A model generated the notes under the pieces. It saw only the letters and a program-made list of their open reading frames with translations. It was not told the origin of the DNA and did no database searches. DNA of 64,000 bases, taken from Octopus sinensis (lineage: Eukaryota). Both the position numbers and the translations under genes were made by a program. Positions 24,983-37,640 of the stretch are shown one piece after another; the first letter of the stretch is position 1, and each line of letters begins with the position of its first letter. The DNA lies in assembly GCF_006345805.1 (NCBI RefSeq), contig NC_043000.1, forward strand, positions 1,674,001 to 1,738,000, given 5' to 3'.

Positions 24983-26734
24983 TCGACCTCAGCGGAATTT
25001 GAACACAGAACGTAAAGGCAGACGAAATACCTGTTTCTTTACTACCCACAAGGGGCTTAACGCAGAGAGGACAAACAAGGACAGACAAAGGGATTAAGTC
25101 GATTATATCGACCCCAGTGCGTAACTGGTACTTAATTTATAGACCCCGGAAGGATGAAAGGCAAAGTCAACCTCGGCGGAATTTGAACTCAGAACTAACG
25201 GCAGACGAAATACCTATTTCTTTACTACCCACAAGGGACTAAACACAGAGGGGACAAAGAAGGACAGACAAAGGGATTAAATCGATTATATCGACCCCAG
25301 TGCGTAACTGGTACTTATTTAATCGACCCCGAAAGGATGAAAGGCAAAGTCGACCTCGGCGGAATTTGAACTCAGAACGTAACGGCAGACGAAATACCTG
25401 TTTCTTTAATACCCACAAGGGGCTTAACGCAGAGAGGACAAACAAGGACAGACAAAGGGATTAATTCGATTATATCGACCCCAGTGCGTAACTGGTACTT
25501 ATTTAATCGACCCCGAAAGGATGAAAGGCAAAGTCGACCTCGGCGTAATTTGAACTCATAACGTAACGGCAGACGAAATACCTATTTCTTTACTACCCAC
25601 AAGGAACTAAACACAGAGGGGACAAACAAGGACAGACAGACACGGATTAAATCGATTATATCGACCCCAGTGCGTAACTGGTACTTATTTAATCGACCCC
25701 GAAAGGATGAAAGGCAAAGTCGACCTCGGCGGAATTTGAACTCAGAACGTAACGGCAGATGAAAATACCTATTTCTTTACTACCCACAGGGGCTAAACAC
25801 AGAGAGGACAACAAGGACAGACAAAGGGATTAAGTGGATTATATCGACCCCAGTGCGTAACTGGTACTTATTTAATCGACCCCGAAAGGATGAAAGGCAA
25901 AGTCGACCTCGGCGGAATTTGAACTCAGAACGTAACGGCAGACGAAATACCTATTTCTTTACTACCCACAAGGGGCTAAACACAGAAGGGACAAACAAGG
26001 ACAGACAGACACGGATTAAATCGATTATATCGACCCCAGTGCGTAACTGGTACTTATTTAATCGACCCCGAAAGGATGAAAGGCAAAGTCGACCTCGGCG
26101 GAATTTGAACTCAGAACGTAACGGCAGACGAAATACCTATTTCTTTACTACCCACAAGGGGCTAAACACAGAGAGGACAAACAAGGACAGACAAAGGGAT
26201 TAAGTGGATTATATCGACCCCAGTGCGTAACTGGTACTTATTTAATCGACCCCGAAAGGATGAAAGGCAAAGTCGACCTCGGCGGAATTTGAACTCAGAA
26301 CGTAACGGCTGACGAAATGCCTATTTCTTTACTACCCACAAGGGGCTAAACAGAGAGGGGACAAACAAGACAGACAAACACCGATTAAGCGATTTATCTC
26401 AACCCCAGTGCGTAACTGGTACTTATTAATCGACCCCGAAAGGATGAAAGGCAAAGTCGACCTCGGCGTAATTTGAACTCAGAACGTAACGGCAGACGAA
26501 ATACCTATTTCTTTACTACCACAAGGGGCTAAACCAGAGAGGACAAACAAGGACAGACAAAGGGATAAGTGGATTATATCGACCCCAGTGCGTAACTGGT
26601 ACTTATTTAATCGACCCCGAAAGGATGAGAGGCAAAGTCGACCTCGGCGTAATTTGAACTCAGAATGTAACGCAGACGAAATACCGCCAAGCATTTCGCC
26701 CGGCGTGCTAACGACTCTGCCAGCTCGCCGCCTT
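24983..26734 (-). repeat. SINE-B tandem array, head plus about 9 units of ~184 bp
   Basis: Junction gacgaaatacct(a/g)tttcttt recurs every ~185 bp; the tRNA-like head occurs only at 26690-26734. Confidence 0.92.
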
Positions 26735-27339
26735 CATAACATTTGTATATTAATCAGAGTGATGTCATTATCTTGATTGCTGCTTTCACTACGTTTCGGC
26801 TGTGTATATTCCAGCCTTCTTCGATGTCTTGTGATTCACCTTAGTGCTTTGCATGGGATTGAACACGGAATCTCTACATGACTGCAAAGCATTTTAGCGC
26901 CGTTATTCACTACGTTATGCCAATAGGTGCTGTCAGAGTGAATATAAACCTCTGTTGATGTCTTCTTCTTCTTCTTCTTCTTCTTCTTCTTCTTCTCTTA
27001 TTATTATTATTATTATTATTATTCTCCTTCTCCTCCTCCTTCTTCTTATTCTCCTCCTCCTCCTCCTCCTCCTCCTTCTTCTTCTTCTTCTTCTCTTCTT
27101 CTTCTTCTCTTCTTCTTCTTCTTCTTCTTCTTCTTCTTCTTCCAATCCGGACTAACGCCATTAGCCACAAAGAATAATCTCTAATTCGAGCCTTGTTATC
27201 ATCATTCCGTAAACGGTGGCTTTTAACGGGTGGAGAGCTGAACCATCCTGGGGTACAGAGGATTCGCAATCTAGACTAGAGTCTGAAAGTTTACTTCACC
27301 ATAGTGGGTTACACCATGGTTCCTCTGCTTTGTGGAAGA

Positions 27340-27533
27340 AGTAGGAAGTAAGAGTGAGAGAAAGTTGTGGTGAAAGAGTACAGCGGGGTTCACCCCACCC
27401 TCCACCGCCGGAACGTCGTGGAGCTTAGGTGTTTTTGCTCAATAAACACTCACAATGCCCGGTTTGAGAATCGAAACCGCGTTCTTGCGACCGCGAGTCC
27501 GCTGCCCTAACCACTGGGTCATTGCGCCTCCAC
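27340..27533 (-). mobile_element. SINE-C 5' half
   Basis: Reverse complement of gtggaggcgcaatgacccagtggttagggcagcggactcgcgg. Confidence 0.85.
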
Positions 27534-27545
27534 TCTGTTGATGTA

Positions 27546-27835
27546 CAGGGTGTTCCAGAAAGTCTTGGGCACATTTTAAGTCCTCATATCTGCTGGACTG
27601 TGATTGGTAGTAAGATGAAACTGGTACCATTTTAAAGCTTTTGTAATGCTAATGATTTTTTCATATTTTTTCAGACCCAGTAATGGTGTTCAGTCAACCA
27701 GAAAAGGCGTTTTGCGTCCTTGAATTTGCAAAAACTGGATCTTGGACACTTGTTCAACGTGCATTTCGCACAAAATTCCGAAAAGGGGCACCAGAAAGGA
27801 AGTCCATATTGAGATGGCATGGTAAATTCATGAAT
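27546..27835 (+). pseudogene. Tc1/mariner (DD37D/maT-like) 5' end with HTH fragment
   Basis: TA-cagggtgttcc TIR start; ATG 27683 MVFSQPEKAFCVLEFAKTGSWTLVQRAFRTKFRKGAPERKSILRWHGKF. Confidence 0.7.
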
Positions 27836-28037
27836 GTAATCGACTAGCCCTCTCCCCCAAATTTCAGGCTTGTGCCTATAGTAGAAAAGATTATTTGATG
27901 AAAACTCTCAGCTTATTTTGCTGGGTATGATGGAAAGTGTCAGCTGTCCACAGCCAGCAGGCTAAGGTGACACTTGTTTACTGGTCATGCTTCAAGAAAT
28001 CTGCAAAGAATTTTATTATTATTATTATTATTATTAT

Positions 28038-28888
28038 TTTAAAATAAAATATGGTCCGTTATCTTCTGCTGAACCGAGGTCATCCCTTGGTCCTCATCTC
28101 ATGGAGAGCACACGGCGTAAAATGTGTGCGGAACCTAGCAACACTATTTTCTGAAATTCTCCCACGTTAACACTGCAAGAGAGTTTGTTGAGCTGCTTAT
28201 CAAGGCCATTTTTAATAAGCCCTAATGCTCCAATCCCCACTGGTACTGTGCTACTTTTCATTCCCCACATCTTGGTCGCTTCTATTTCTAGGTCTTTGTA
28301 CTTAAATAACTTCTCAACTTCTTTAAAGGACACATTTCTCTCTGATGGTACTGTCACATCTATCATTAAGCATTTCTTATTCTCCCATCTTTGATGATTA
28401 TGTCTGGCCTGTTTGCCTTGATTTCTTTTCTGTGTTGATTGGCATGTCCCAGAGTACTGTTACATAATATTTTCGGTCACAGTTTCAGGATTATGCTGGT
28501 GCCATCTTTCTGAAGTTGGAAGCTGGTAGTATTTACATATCTTCCAATGGATATATTGCACAACTCTATCATGTCTATGAATATATTCGGTTTTTGCAAG
28601 TGCTGTGCATCCAGTTAAGATGTGGTTCACTGTTTCATCCTGCTCATGACACATTCTGCATTTCGGGTTAGTGCCATCGTTCATTATTTTGTTGTGGTAA
28701 GCCCTGATTGCCAAGCTTTGATCTTGTGCTGCTATGATAAAACCTTCAGTCCTGAGCTCTTCATCCATACATGAGTGTCTCATTTTTCTACGTCTGGTTT
28801 GTTCACTCTACATGGGTATCGACTATGCATCGGTTTTTCTAGCCATTCTTCTTTGCTCCTCTTCTGGGCTTGTTTTTCATCTCTTCCT
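28038..28888 (-). mobile_element. 5'-truncated R4/Dong/HERO-like LINE (zinc knuckle plus RLE)
   Basis: TEGFIIAAQDQSL...KCRMCHEQDETVNHILTGC...RHDRV, RPDIIIKD, IDVTVP...KYKDLEIE...GALG...LLGSAHILRRVLSMR*; (AAT)n on both sides. Confidence 0.9.
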
Positions 28889-28904
28889 TATTATTATTAT
28901 TATT

Positions 28905-29457
28905 GAGTGAGAGAGCAGTTCATGCCATCAAAGTGACACTGGGGTAAAATATACGAAGCCCAGTATACCCATCATGACTACCCGTCTGATAAGGGTACAC
29001 CAGGCACATGCATCACAACCATATGTGCGCGACATGGTGATCTCATATCAAGATAAACAGCACATGACCTTGCAGGTGGGGCCCAGTTAGAATTTTCTTC
29101 AGGTTGAGTAGCCCATCCCGCTCAAAAGGTCCCTGAATAAGGGTTGTTTAAGGATGTTGAAAGAACCACCCATGTTTCCAGAGGTGAATTATTCAAACCC
29201 CAAAGAATCCCTCTCAACACATGGCTATGATGCTCCCCAACTACTTCTGCTCGCGATCAGAGATGCACATATCGTCAGCCATTAAGGGACATGCTCAACT
29301 GGTTAAGGTCAAACAACTGACAAGCAAATCTGTGGTATTGAGCAGAATATTTGCTGTAGACCATCTTTTCTACCAAGACAAAACAATGTACATGATAACA
29401 CTTCCAATCAGTTAAGATCAGAAGCCATGAGAGCCACTGCCTGGTACTGCATCAGGC
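28905..29457 (-). mobile_element. 553-bp non-coding insert bounded by (AAT)n; orientation inferred
   Basis: Sharp (att)n boundaries on both sides, no long ORF, no A/B boxes seen. Confidence 0.5.
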
Positions 29458-29467
29458 ATTATTATTA

Positions 29468-29524
<57 letters not shown>

Positions 29525-29814
29525 TATGATTATAGGAAAGTTTATCAGGAGGGTATCTAAGCACTTCAAAGACTATTGAAAGCTTGTGGATACTTAAGGT
29601 TACCTGTAGTAATCCGCTACCCACATGTCGTCTCCCAGGAATAAGACCGAACCTGAGTTAAATCAATAATAATAATAATAATAAGACGGGGTGGTCACGG
29701 CAGGAATGCATTCGTATGTAGGTCAGCACGGTTGGGCTGATCTGGGATTTTGGACTACAATAACGGTAGCAATAACAGGTGCTCTAACAACATCAATAGT
29801 AAACATTAGCAGCT

Positions 29815-29816
29815 GT

Positions 29817-29863
<47 letters not shown>

Positions 29864-30331
29864 AATCTACTACTACTACTATAACTACTACTATTACTAC
29901 TATAACTACTACTACTACTAGTACTACTACTAATACTACTACTAAATCTACTATTACTACTATAACTACTACTACTACTAGTACTACTACTAAATCTACT
30001 ATTACTACTACAACTACTACTACTACTACTGCTACTACTACTACTACATCTACTACTACTACTACTACAACTACTACTACTGCTACTACTATTACTACTA
30101 AATCTACTACTACTACTACTATAACTACTACTATTACTACTATAACTACTACTACTACTACTATAACTATTACTATTACTACTATAACTACTACTACTAC
30201 TAGTACTACTACTACTACCACTACTAAATCTACTATTACTACTATAACTACTACTACTACAATAACTACTACTAATACTACTACAACTACTACTACTACT
30301 ACTGCTACTACTGCTACTACTGCTACTACTG

Positions 30332-30374
<43 letters not shown>

Positions 30375-30375
30375 A
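29815..30375. repeat. Degenerate (TAC)n tract with higher-order substructure
   Basis: Recurring actactataactactactatt and taaatctact motifs. Confidence 0.95.
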
Positions 30376-31129
30376 GTACCAAAACAAAAGCAACAACGAC
30401 AGCCGCAGGAATGTTATACAAATATTTACTTTTCTTTCCGTCCTTTTGGCTTGCTTCTGAAAACAATGAGTGATAAATAATATGTATGCTTATGTAACTT
30501 GTATATATATATATATATATATCCTACCAGCTAAGCCCGGTTTCATCCGGTCGGTTTGGATGATGTGGCTGTAAAATCTGTTCTGTGTAAGCATTCGACT
30601 TGTTTGGGCACGCTTACGTTTAAAAAAAAAAAAACAATTTTAGAATTACTTTTTTCTGTCAAAACGCTAAATATAAATGACCAACAAAAACAAAAACAAA
30701 CAACCAAGATTCAACCAAATCAAAAAATAAATCCAAATACTAAGCGAACAAACCATTCCACTTCCATTGAGGACACACATTCACATACTCCCCCCTTTTA
30801 CATATACGCACATATATTCACACAGAGTTGAAACGCTGTTTGATTTTTTATTCAGCGTACAATTTTCATCATCCCACTACCAAGTATGACATCACCCCCT
30901 TCCTTCTTTATTCATCTATCACCTCTTCCTTTCTCATTCATAAACACAAGAGTATTATTATAGTAGATTATCTCGGTAACCATGGGAGCTATGAAAAAGT
31001 GCAAAGCCCAGCATCACCACCACTTAGCTATGTTAAGGATATACCTTACCCTAGAGTGATCCCTGGGTGAGTGCTCTAGTTGTGTGCTATTCATGTTTAA
31101 GGGGAGATGTAATCCGTAGGACAAATAGA

Positions 31130-31335
31130 ATATATATTTCTTTATTGCCCACAAGGGGCTAAACATAGAGGGGACAAACAAGGACAGACATAAGTATTAA
31201 GTCGATTACTGATACTTTATTTATCGACCCCGAAAGGATGAAAGGCAAAGTCGACCTCGGCGGAATTTGAACTCAGAACGTAACGTCAGACGAAATACGG
31301 CTACGCATTTCGCCCGGCGTGCTAACGATTCTGCC
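31130..31335 (-). mobile_element. SINE-B with internal deletion
   Basis: Tail tatttctttattgcccacaagg to head gctaacgattctgcc. Confidence 0.85.
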
Positions 31336-31489
31336 CGCCAGGGACAGACCTTAAGTTTAGTGCCCCACCCCGAGCCCCTACAAGCCTATAAAGGCTTATG
31401 CAGCAGACCCAAAAGTTCTGCCCTCATAAAAGGGTTGTCCAGTGCGAACAGCTCCCTCGCCCCCAACTCTAACTACGCTAGATATATGA

Positions 31490-32180
31490 GCAGCGTGTTT
31501 GTGTGCGGATGTGTATTGATATGTGTGTGTGAGTCTGTAGTGTCCTGTTTGTTTGTTGTGTGTGCGTGTGTATGTGTACGAGTGTGTATGTATATGTATG
31601 TAAGTATGTATGTATGTATGTATGTATGTATGTATTGCGGTATGTGTGTTGTGTATGTATGTGTATTGTATGTATGTGCGTATGGGTATGTATGTATGTA
31701 TGTATGTATCATGTATGTATGTATGTATGTATGTATGTATGTATGTATGTGTGTGTGTATGTGTGGTGTGTATGTATGTATGTATATGATGTATGTGCGT
31801 ATGTGTGTATGTATGTATGTATGTTGCATGTATGTATGTATGTATGTATGTATGTATTATGTATGTATGTATGTTTATGTATGTGTGTGCGTATGTGTGT
31901 GTTGTATGTAGTATGTGTTATGTATGTGCGTATGTGTGTATGTATGTATGTATGTATGTATGTATGTATGTATTATGTATGTATGTATGTATGTATGTAT
32001 GTATGTATGTATTTATGTTGTGTGTGTGTATGTGTTGTGGTATGTATGTATGTATGTATGTATGTATGTATGTATGCATGTATGTATGTGGTGTATGTGC
32101 GTATGTGCGTATGTGTGTATGTATGTATGTATGTATGAATGTATGTATGTATGTATATGTGTGTGTGTGTGTTGTACATA
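31490..32180. repeat. (TATG)n/(TG)n compound microsatellite
   Basis: Direct reading. Confidence 0.95.
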
Positions 32181-32222
32181 CATTGAGAACGGATAAGAGA
32201 GACGGAGACAGGCAGAAACACA

Positions 32223-32265
<43 letters not shown>

Positions 32266-32414
32266 GCACACACACGCACGCACACACGAAAGCAAAGTAA
32301 TACAATCCGTGCCGAGATAGTGCCCCAACATTAAAGAAAGCATTTATCATCGCATTAATATTTAAAAGCTAACTTCTGGTACGCACGACATCTGTACGCG
32401 TTTGGTTTTCTTAC

Positions 32415-32488
<74 letters not shown>

Positions 32489-32559
32489 ATCTACCATTCT
32501 ATCTATCTATCTATATATCTATCTATCTATCCATATCTATCTATCTATCTTCTATTCCA

Positions 32560-32611
<52 letters not shown>

Positions 32612-35600
32612 CTTTCATTTGTGTGTTTTAAAGCACACACCCCAATAGAATCATGGTCAAGATTGGTGTGTGAATGCGCGTGGCTTGGGGTCTCCTTGAA
32701 ACAAGGATACCTCCTAAATGACATCAAGTCACATGATTTGGGAATCATAGCCATAAGTGAGACCAGACTCCACGAGCCACGGGCCCTAAAGTCCATGTTT
32801 GGCGGACAGTTTAACATTTATTTCGCTCCCTGTCTGCCGAGGATGGGCGGTAGTGGCACCGCAGTACTTTTTCACAAGAGCCTGGATCTCGAAGTCAAAA
32901 CGATTTCGTAGACCGGAGGGTAGACTGATCGTTCTGGATGTTGACGGCAGCAATGGGTGCGCTTTTCGACTCGTATCAGTCTACGCACCGCCCTTAACAG
33001 GTCGGGCGGATTTCTTTCGACGTCTAGAAGTATTCTTGGGAACGTCTCGTCCTTTACTCTTAGTGGGGGATTGGAATGCTACCTTGGACACGCATGTAGA
33101 CTACGTGGGTAGAGACAGAAACAGAAAGGGAGCAAATGCCTCAGAGACCTGCTCAGACGATTCCAACTGTCTGACAGGTACCGACTAAACCACCCAAATG
33201 CACCAACGTGGACATGGAGCAACCGCAGGGGTCGTCGAGATCGTATCTAGATAGGATACTGTGTAGGACAGTAGACAAGGATAACTTAGGATGTCCACAA
33301 TTCCACACAGTCAGCTACACGGATCACAAATTGGTGACGTGTACGCTAGACTTAGATAAGGCACATAGACAGGGTCCTGGGTACTGGAAACTGAACGCAT
33401 CATTCCCGTCCAGACAAGTTTTCAGAGACCGGATTAGCACACTAGTAAAGAGGGCTTTGACGGGAGCCATCATCAACAACAAATGGTGGTTTGCCCTCAA
33501 GAGAGCAGTAAAAGCAGAAGCGATTAGGTACAGCAAAGCACTAGCCATAGATAGAAATAGAGTAGAGGGTGAGCTAGTTAAGAAGCTAGAAGAGGCAATT
33601 AGAAGCGGCATCGCATCCGACGTTTTGGCGGCGAGGTTGGCCCTCGACCAACACTTCAACGCCAAACACGAAGGATGTGCTGTCAGAGCTAGGATGCGTG
33701 CTCTAAGGAACGAAGGGTTTGGAGCCGCGAGAGAGGCCCGGGTGGCAGAGGCGCAACAGGGCAACAAAGCCACCATTCGGTCACTGGTAGATGAACAGGG
33801 GCGCGAATTGCTCGAGCCAAGTAAAATGTGTGAGGCCTTTCAGCAGCATTTTGCCCGACTGTTCGGGACGAGTGGAGGGCAAGAACGTAGGGTAGACTTC
33901 AGTGCCTACCTACATAGCCTGCCACGACTCTCGACAAGAAAGGCAGGGTGCTGCGAAGGTGCCATCACACGGCGGCGGAAGTGCGGGAAGCGATGGCAGA
34001 ATGCTCGAGGGACAAATCACCGGGTTGGATGGTCTACCCTACGAATTTTACTATTGTATGCCAGACTTGTTTGGAGACGTCTTGGCAGCGGTATACTGCA
34101 ACTGGCAGCAAAACGGGAGCATACCCGGTTTTGTGAGTCGAGGAGCTGTAACTCTGCTGAAGAAAGATCCAAACAAGGGAAACATTATAGATAACTTTAG
34201 GCCAATCACTCTGCTCAATGCAGACCTGAAAATTTTGACAAAGGTGTTAGCCAAGAGGTTGGTGCTTGTATGGAGAAACTGGTCGACAACCCACAAACGT
34301 GCGCCGTGCCGGGCCGGAGCATCCATGACAACCTCCATCTGATGCGCTACATCATAGACAGGGTAGTTAACGAACCTGGCATGGGTGGGGCCCTGATCAA
34401 CTTGGATCAATCGAAAGCCTTTGATAGGGTAGACCATCGATACTTGGAGGCAGTCCTGAGAGCAGCTGGTTTCGGTCCCGTCTTCCGCGGCTGGATAGCT
34501 GCCTTGTACAGAGGCATCCGTTCGGTAATTCGCGTAAATGGACATCTATCGAGACCCTTCGACATTGCACGTTCGGTCCGTCAGGGATGCCCCCTCTCGG
34601 CGCTTCTATACGTATTGACCTTGAGCACTACTGCGGAAGCTGGCGACTCTGAGGGGCATCCCGCGAGAATTAGGATGCGGGACGAGCGTGTCTGCATACG
34701 CGGACGACGTCACCGTCATAGTGTCAAGCCACGAGCACATCGAGCGGGTCGGCGAGACACTGAAAGACTACGAAGCGGTGACAGGAGCAAAAATCAACCG
34801 GGAAAAGTCAGTGGGCTGCGGCTCGGCACCTGGAGAAGCAAGCCCATGCCGTCCACCAGTACCTCCGTCGTGGGACGCTGGACAGACGGCCCGGTTGAGT
34901 TGCTCGGGGTCTGGTTCGGTCCGGACCTCCAAATGGAGAAGAACTGGAACGAGATAACGAGTAGGGTGGTCACTCTCGCCCAGCATGGGCCGAGAGGAAA
35001 CTGTCCCTAAAAGGTCGGGCGGAGGTGGTGAACGCGTACATCGCGTCCATCATCTACTACCGCCTGACCGTCGTACCTTGTCCCGACCTACCATCACCAA
35101 ACTAGAACGCATCCTCTTCCGCTTCTTGTGGAAAGGATGCGTCCCGATGGTCAGGCGATCCATTTGCTGTCAACACCCGTTAAAAGGAGGGCTGGGCATG
35201 CCGTGGTTGATGATGCGCAGACACGCGCTGAGACTGCGACATCTCCGGCTCTATGTAGACGACGGTGAACAGGTGTGGTCGCCGTTTGTGAGGCACGCAT
35301 TCCCGCAACTCGTCTCCATGACCGAACTACAGTCGTGGATCAAAAAGAGGCCGAAGAAGGGCGAATGGCACCGCGAGTGTCGCGTTGCTCTCAAGCAACC
35401 TCTGCCGTCCCGGGTCGACCTTGAGTGACTTCAACACAACCAAAGCATTCTATAGGGATTAGTGGAGGGGAGGTACGACGACGAGCTCGGGGCAAACCTG
35501 GGCGTCGACGAGGAATACCTGACCCGCCTGTTTCAAACGACTTTCGGCCCGGGACCTATGGACAACTTCCAGAGATCCCTGGCCTGGCGGTGCTACCGAG

Positions 35601-36480
35601 AAGCGCTACCCGTTCGGGATAGCTCTATAGGCATGGCTCGAGAAACACGGGGCCGACCTGCCCGAGATGCGGGCAGAGCGACGAAACCGCTCTGCACGCA
35701 ATCGTGCAGTGTCCAGCAATTTCCCACCTGTGGGCTTATGTCGAACGACTGCTGTCACGTGTGGGACGTGTCGGTTTATCAGCCGAGTCTATCGTTAATA
35801 TCGTCACGCCTCCTTCCTTCAAACGGGAAGGAAGAGCTATTTTTATCATACTTGTGGCTATGGCGAAAGAATGTATCGGTGGACGCGTCTGAAAGGATTA
35901 GAGACAAACACTTTCCTCTCTGGTCAATCTCTCATCAACTTCTTCAAGTATCACTTGAAGAAAAAAGTGAGAGTAGAGAGGCAAGTTTTGTCTAGTGAAT
36001 GTTTTAAAAAAAGATGGGTGAATGTAGCAAGGATGGCACGTATGAATGACGAAGCCACCTTGACTATGATTCTATGAACCGTAAAAATTAATACAGAGAG
36101 TTGCTTATTTGCAAAAAAAAAAAAAAAAGAAATATAACATGTGACTTCATTGACCGAGGTTACCGTGGTCTTTTCCGTAGGCTTTTCTTTCCACGGGTAA
36201 ACCTCACCTGTCCTCCCCTTTACACTTCATATTGACATTTCTGTGATAACGATCCCTATTGATCAATTTTTTTTCCTCTCCCCCTTTTTTTTAACCCCCC
36301 TCTTTTTTGTCCTCTTTCTCTCCTTTTACGATCCCTTTTGATCGACCCCCCCTTTTTTATTTTATTTTATTTTTTATTTTAATATTTTTTATTATTTTTT
36401 TTTTTAAACCTTCAAAAGAAAAGCTCTACCTTGTAATTTGTTCTATCTGTGTGCAGCCCTGTGTGGCTAATAAAGAAACA
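32612..36480 (+). mobile_element. Tx1/L1-clade LINE, ORF2 plus 3' UTR, embedded in (TATC)n
   Basis: (TCTA)n ends at 32611; AATAAA at 36469-36474; (TATC)n resumes at 36481. Confidence 0.92.
32653..36077 (+). pseudogene. Frameshifted ORF2: APE endonuclease plus reverse transcriptase
   Basis: MVKIG..NARGL, IIAISETR, SVYAPP, LVGDWNA, YLDRI, YTDHK (APE); FRPITLLNADLKI, DQSKAFDRVDH, SVRQGCPLS, YADDVTV, KLSLKGRA (RT); split across many track ORFs. Confidence 0.92.
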
Positions 36481-36532
<52 letters not shown>

Positions 36533-36549
36533 CATCTATCTATATATCC

Positions 36550-36588
<39 letters not shown>

Positions 36589-36594
36589 CGTTTA

Positions 36595-36647
<53 letters not shown>

Positions 36648-36726
36648 GTTTGGCTGTCTGTCTATCCCCTATCATCTACCTTCCTCACCTTCTCACTCTT
36701 TCCGTGCATGTGTGTGTATGTGTGTT

Positions 36727-36800
<74 letters not shown>

Positions 36801-37264
36801 CGTGTGTACGTATTTCATACACAAGCATAAGACAGAGTCATCCATATAGCACGCATATTACACACACACACATAGGCAGAGTATATATAAGCTTATATCT
36901 TACACATACACACGCAATACGAACAACTGTGTGTACGTGTGTACGTTAGTGGCACTGGGGTGTAATTTTGTTCGTATATAAATATACACGCTTAAGAACG
37001 TACGTGTACAGCTGTTCGTACAAGCTTATCCTACACACCTACATTCTCACCTGGCTATGTTCCCGTTTCCACAAAAAAAAAACGCCTGTTTCTTAGAACT
37101 CAAATGAAAATCCTTACAGGAATGTTAGTAGTTACCGTTATTGAAATATTGGTAAGCATCTCAGAGTATACAGATAGATGTCATGTAGAGCGGAATTCTG
37201 ATGGGAAGAAGCATACTTTAGGAATCTTCCCGTCTTAGATTACAAACAAGAACTACGTAGCCCC

Positions 37265-37503
37265 GCTATTGCTACTGCTGCGGCCGCTACTGCTGCGGCT
37301 GCTGCTGCTGCTGCGGCTGCTGCTGCTGCTGCGGCTGCTGCTGCTGCTGCGGCTGCTGCTGCTGATGATGACGTTGTTGTGGTTTTTAATGGTGGTGGTG
37401 GTGGTGGTGGTGGTGGTAACGATGGTGGTGATGACGACGACGACGACGATGATGATGATGATGATGATGATGATGGTGGTGATGATGATGATGGTGGTGA
37501 TGA

Positions 37504-37537
<34 letters not shown>

Positions 37538-37640
37538 GGTGGTGGTGGTGGTGGTGGTAACGATGATGATGATGACGACGATGACGACGACGACGACGAC
37601 GATGATGATGATGATGATGATGATGTTGTTGCTGCTGTTA
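37265..37640. repeat. Compound (GCT)/(GGT)/(GAT)/(GAC) trinucleotide tract
   Basis: Direct reading. Confidence 0.95.

Noticed and set aside
24983-26734. Regularly spaced repeats resembling a CRISPR array (also 9913-10647)
   Set aside because: Whole units repeat with no unique spacers, they are SINE-derived, and no cas genes are present
29200-29457. HDV-like ribozyme in the 553-bp (AAT)n-bounded element
   Set aside because: A P1/P3-like pairing (gtcagt/gctgac, cat/atg) exists, but I could not find P1.1 or a P2 partner
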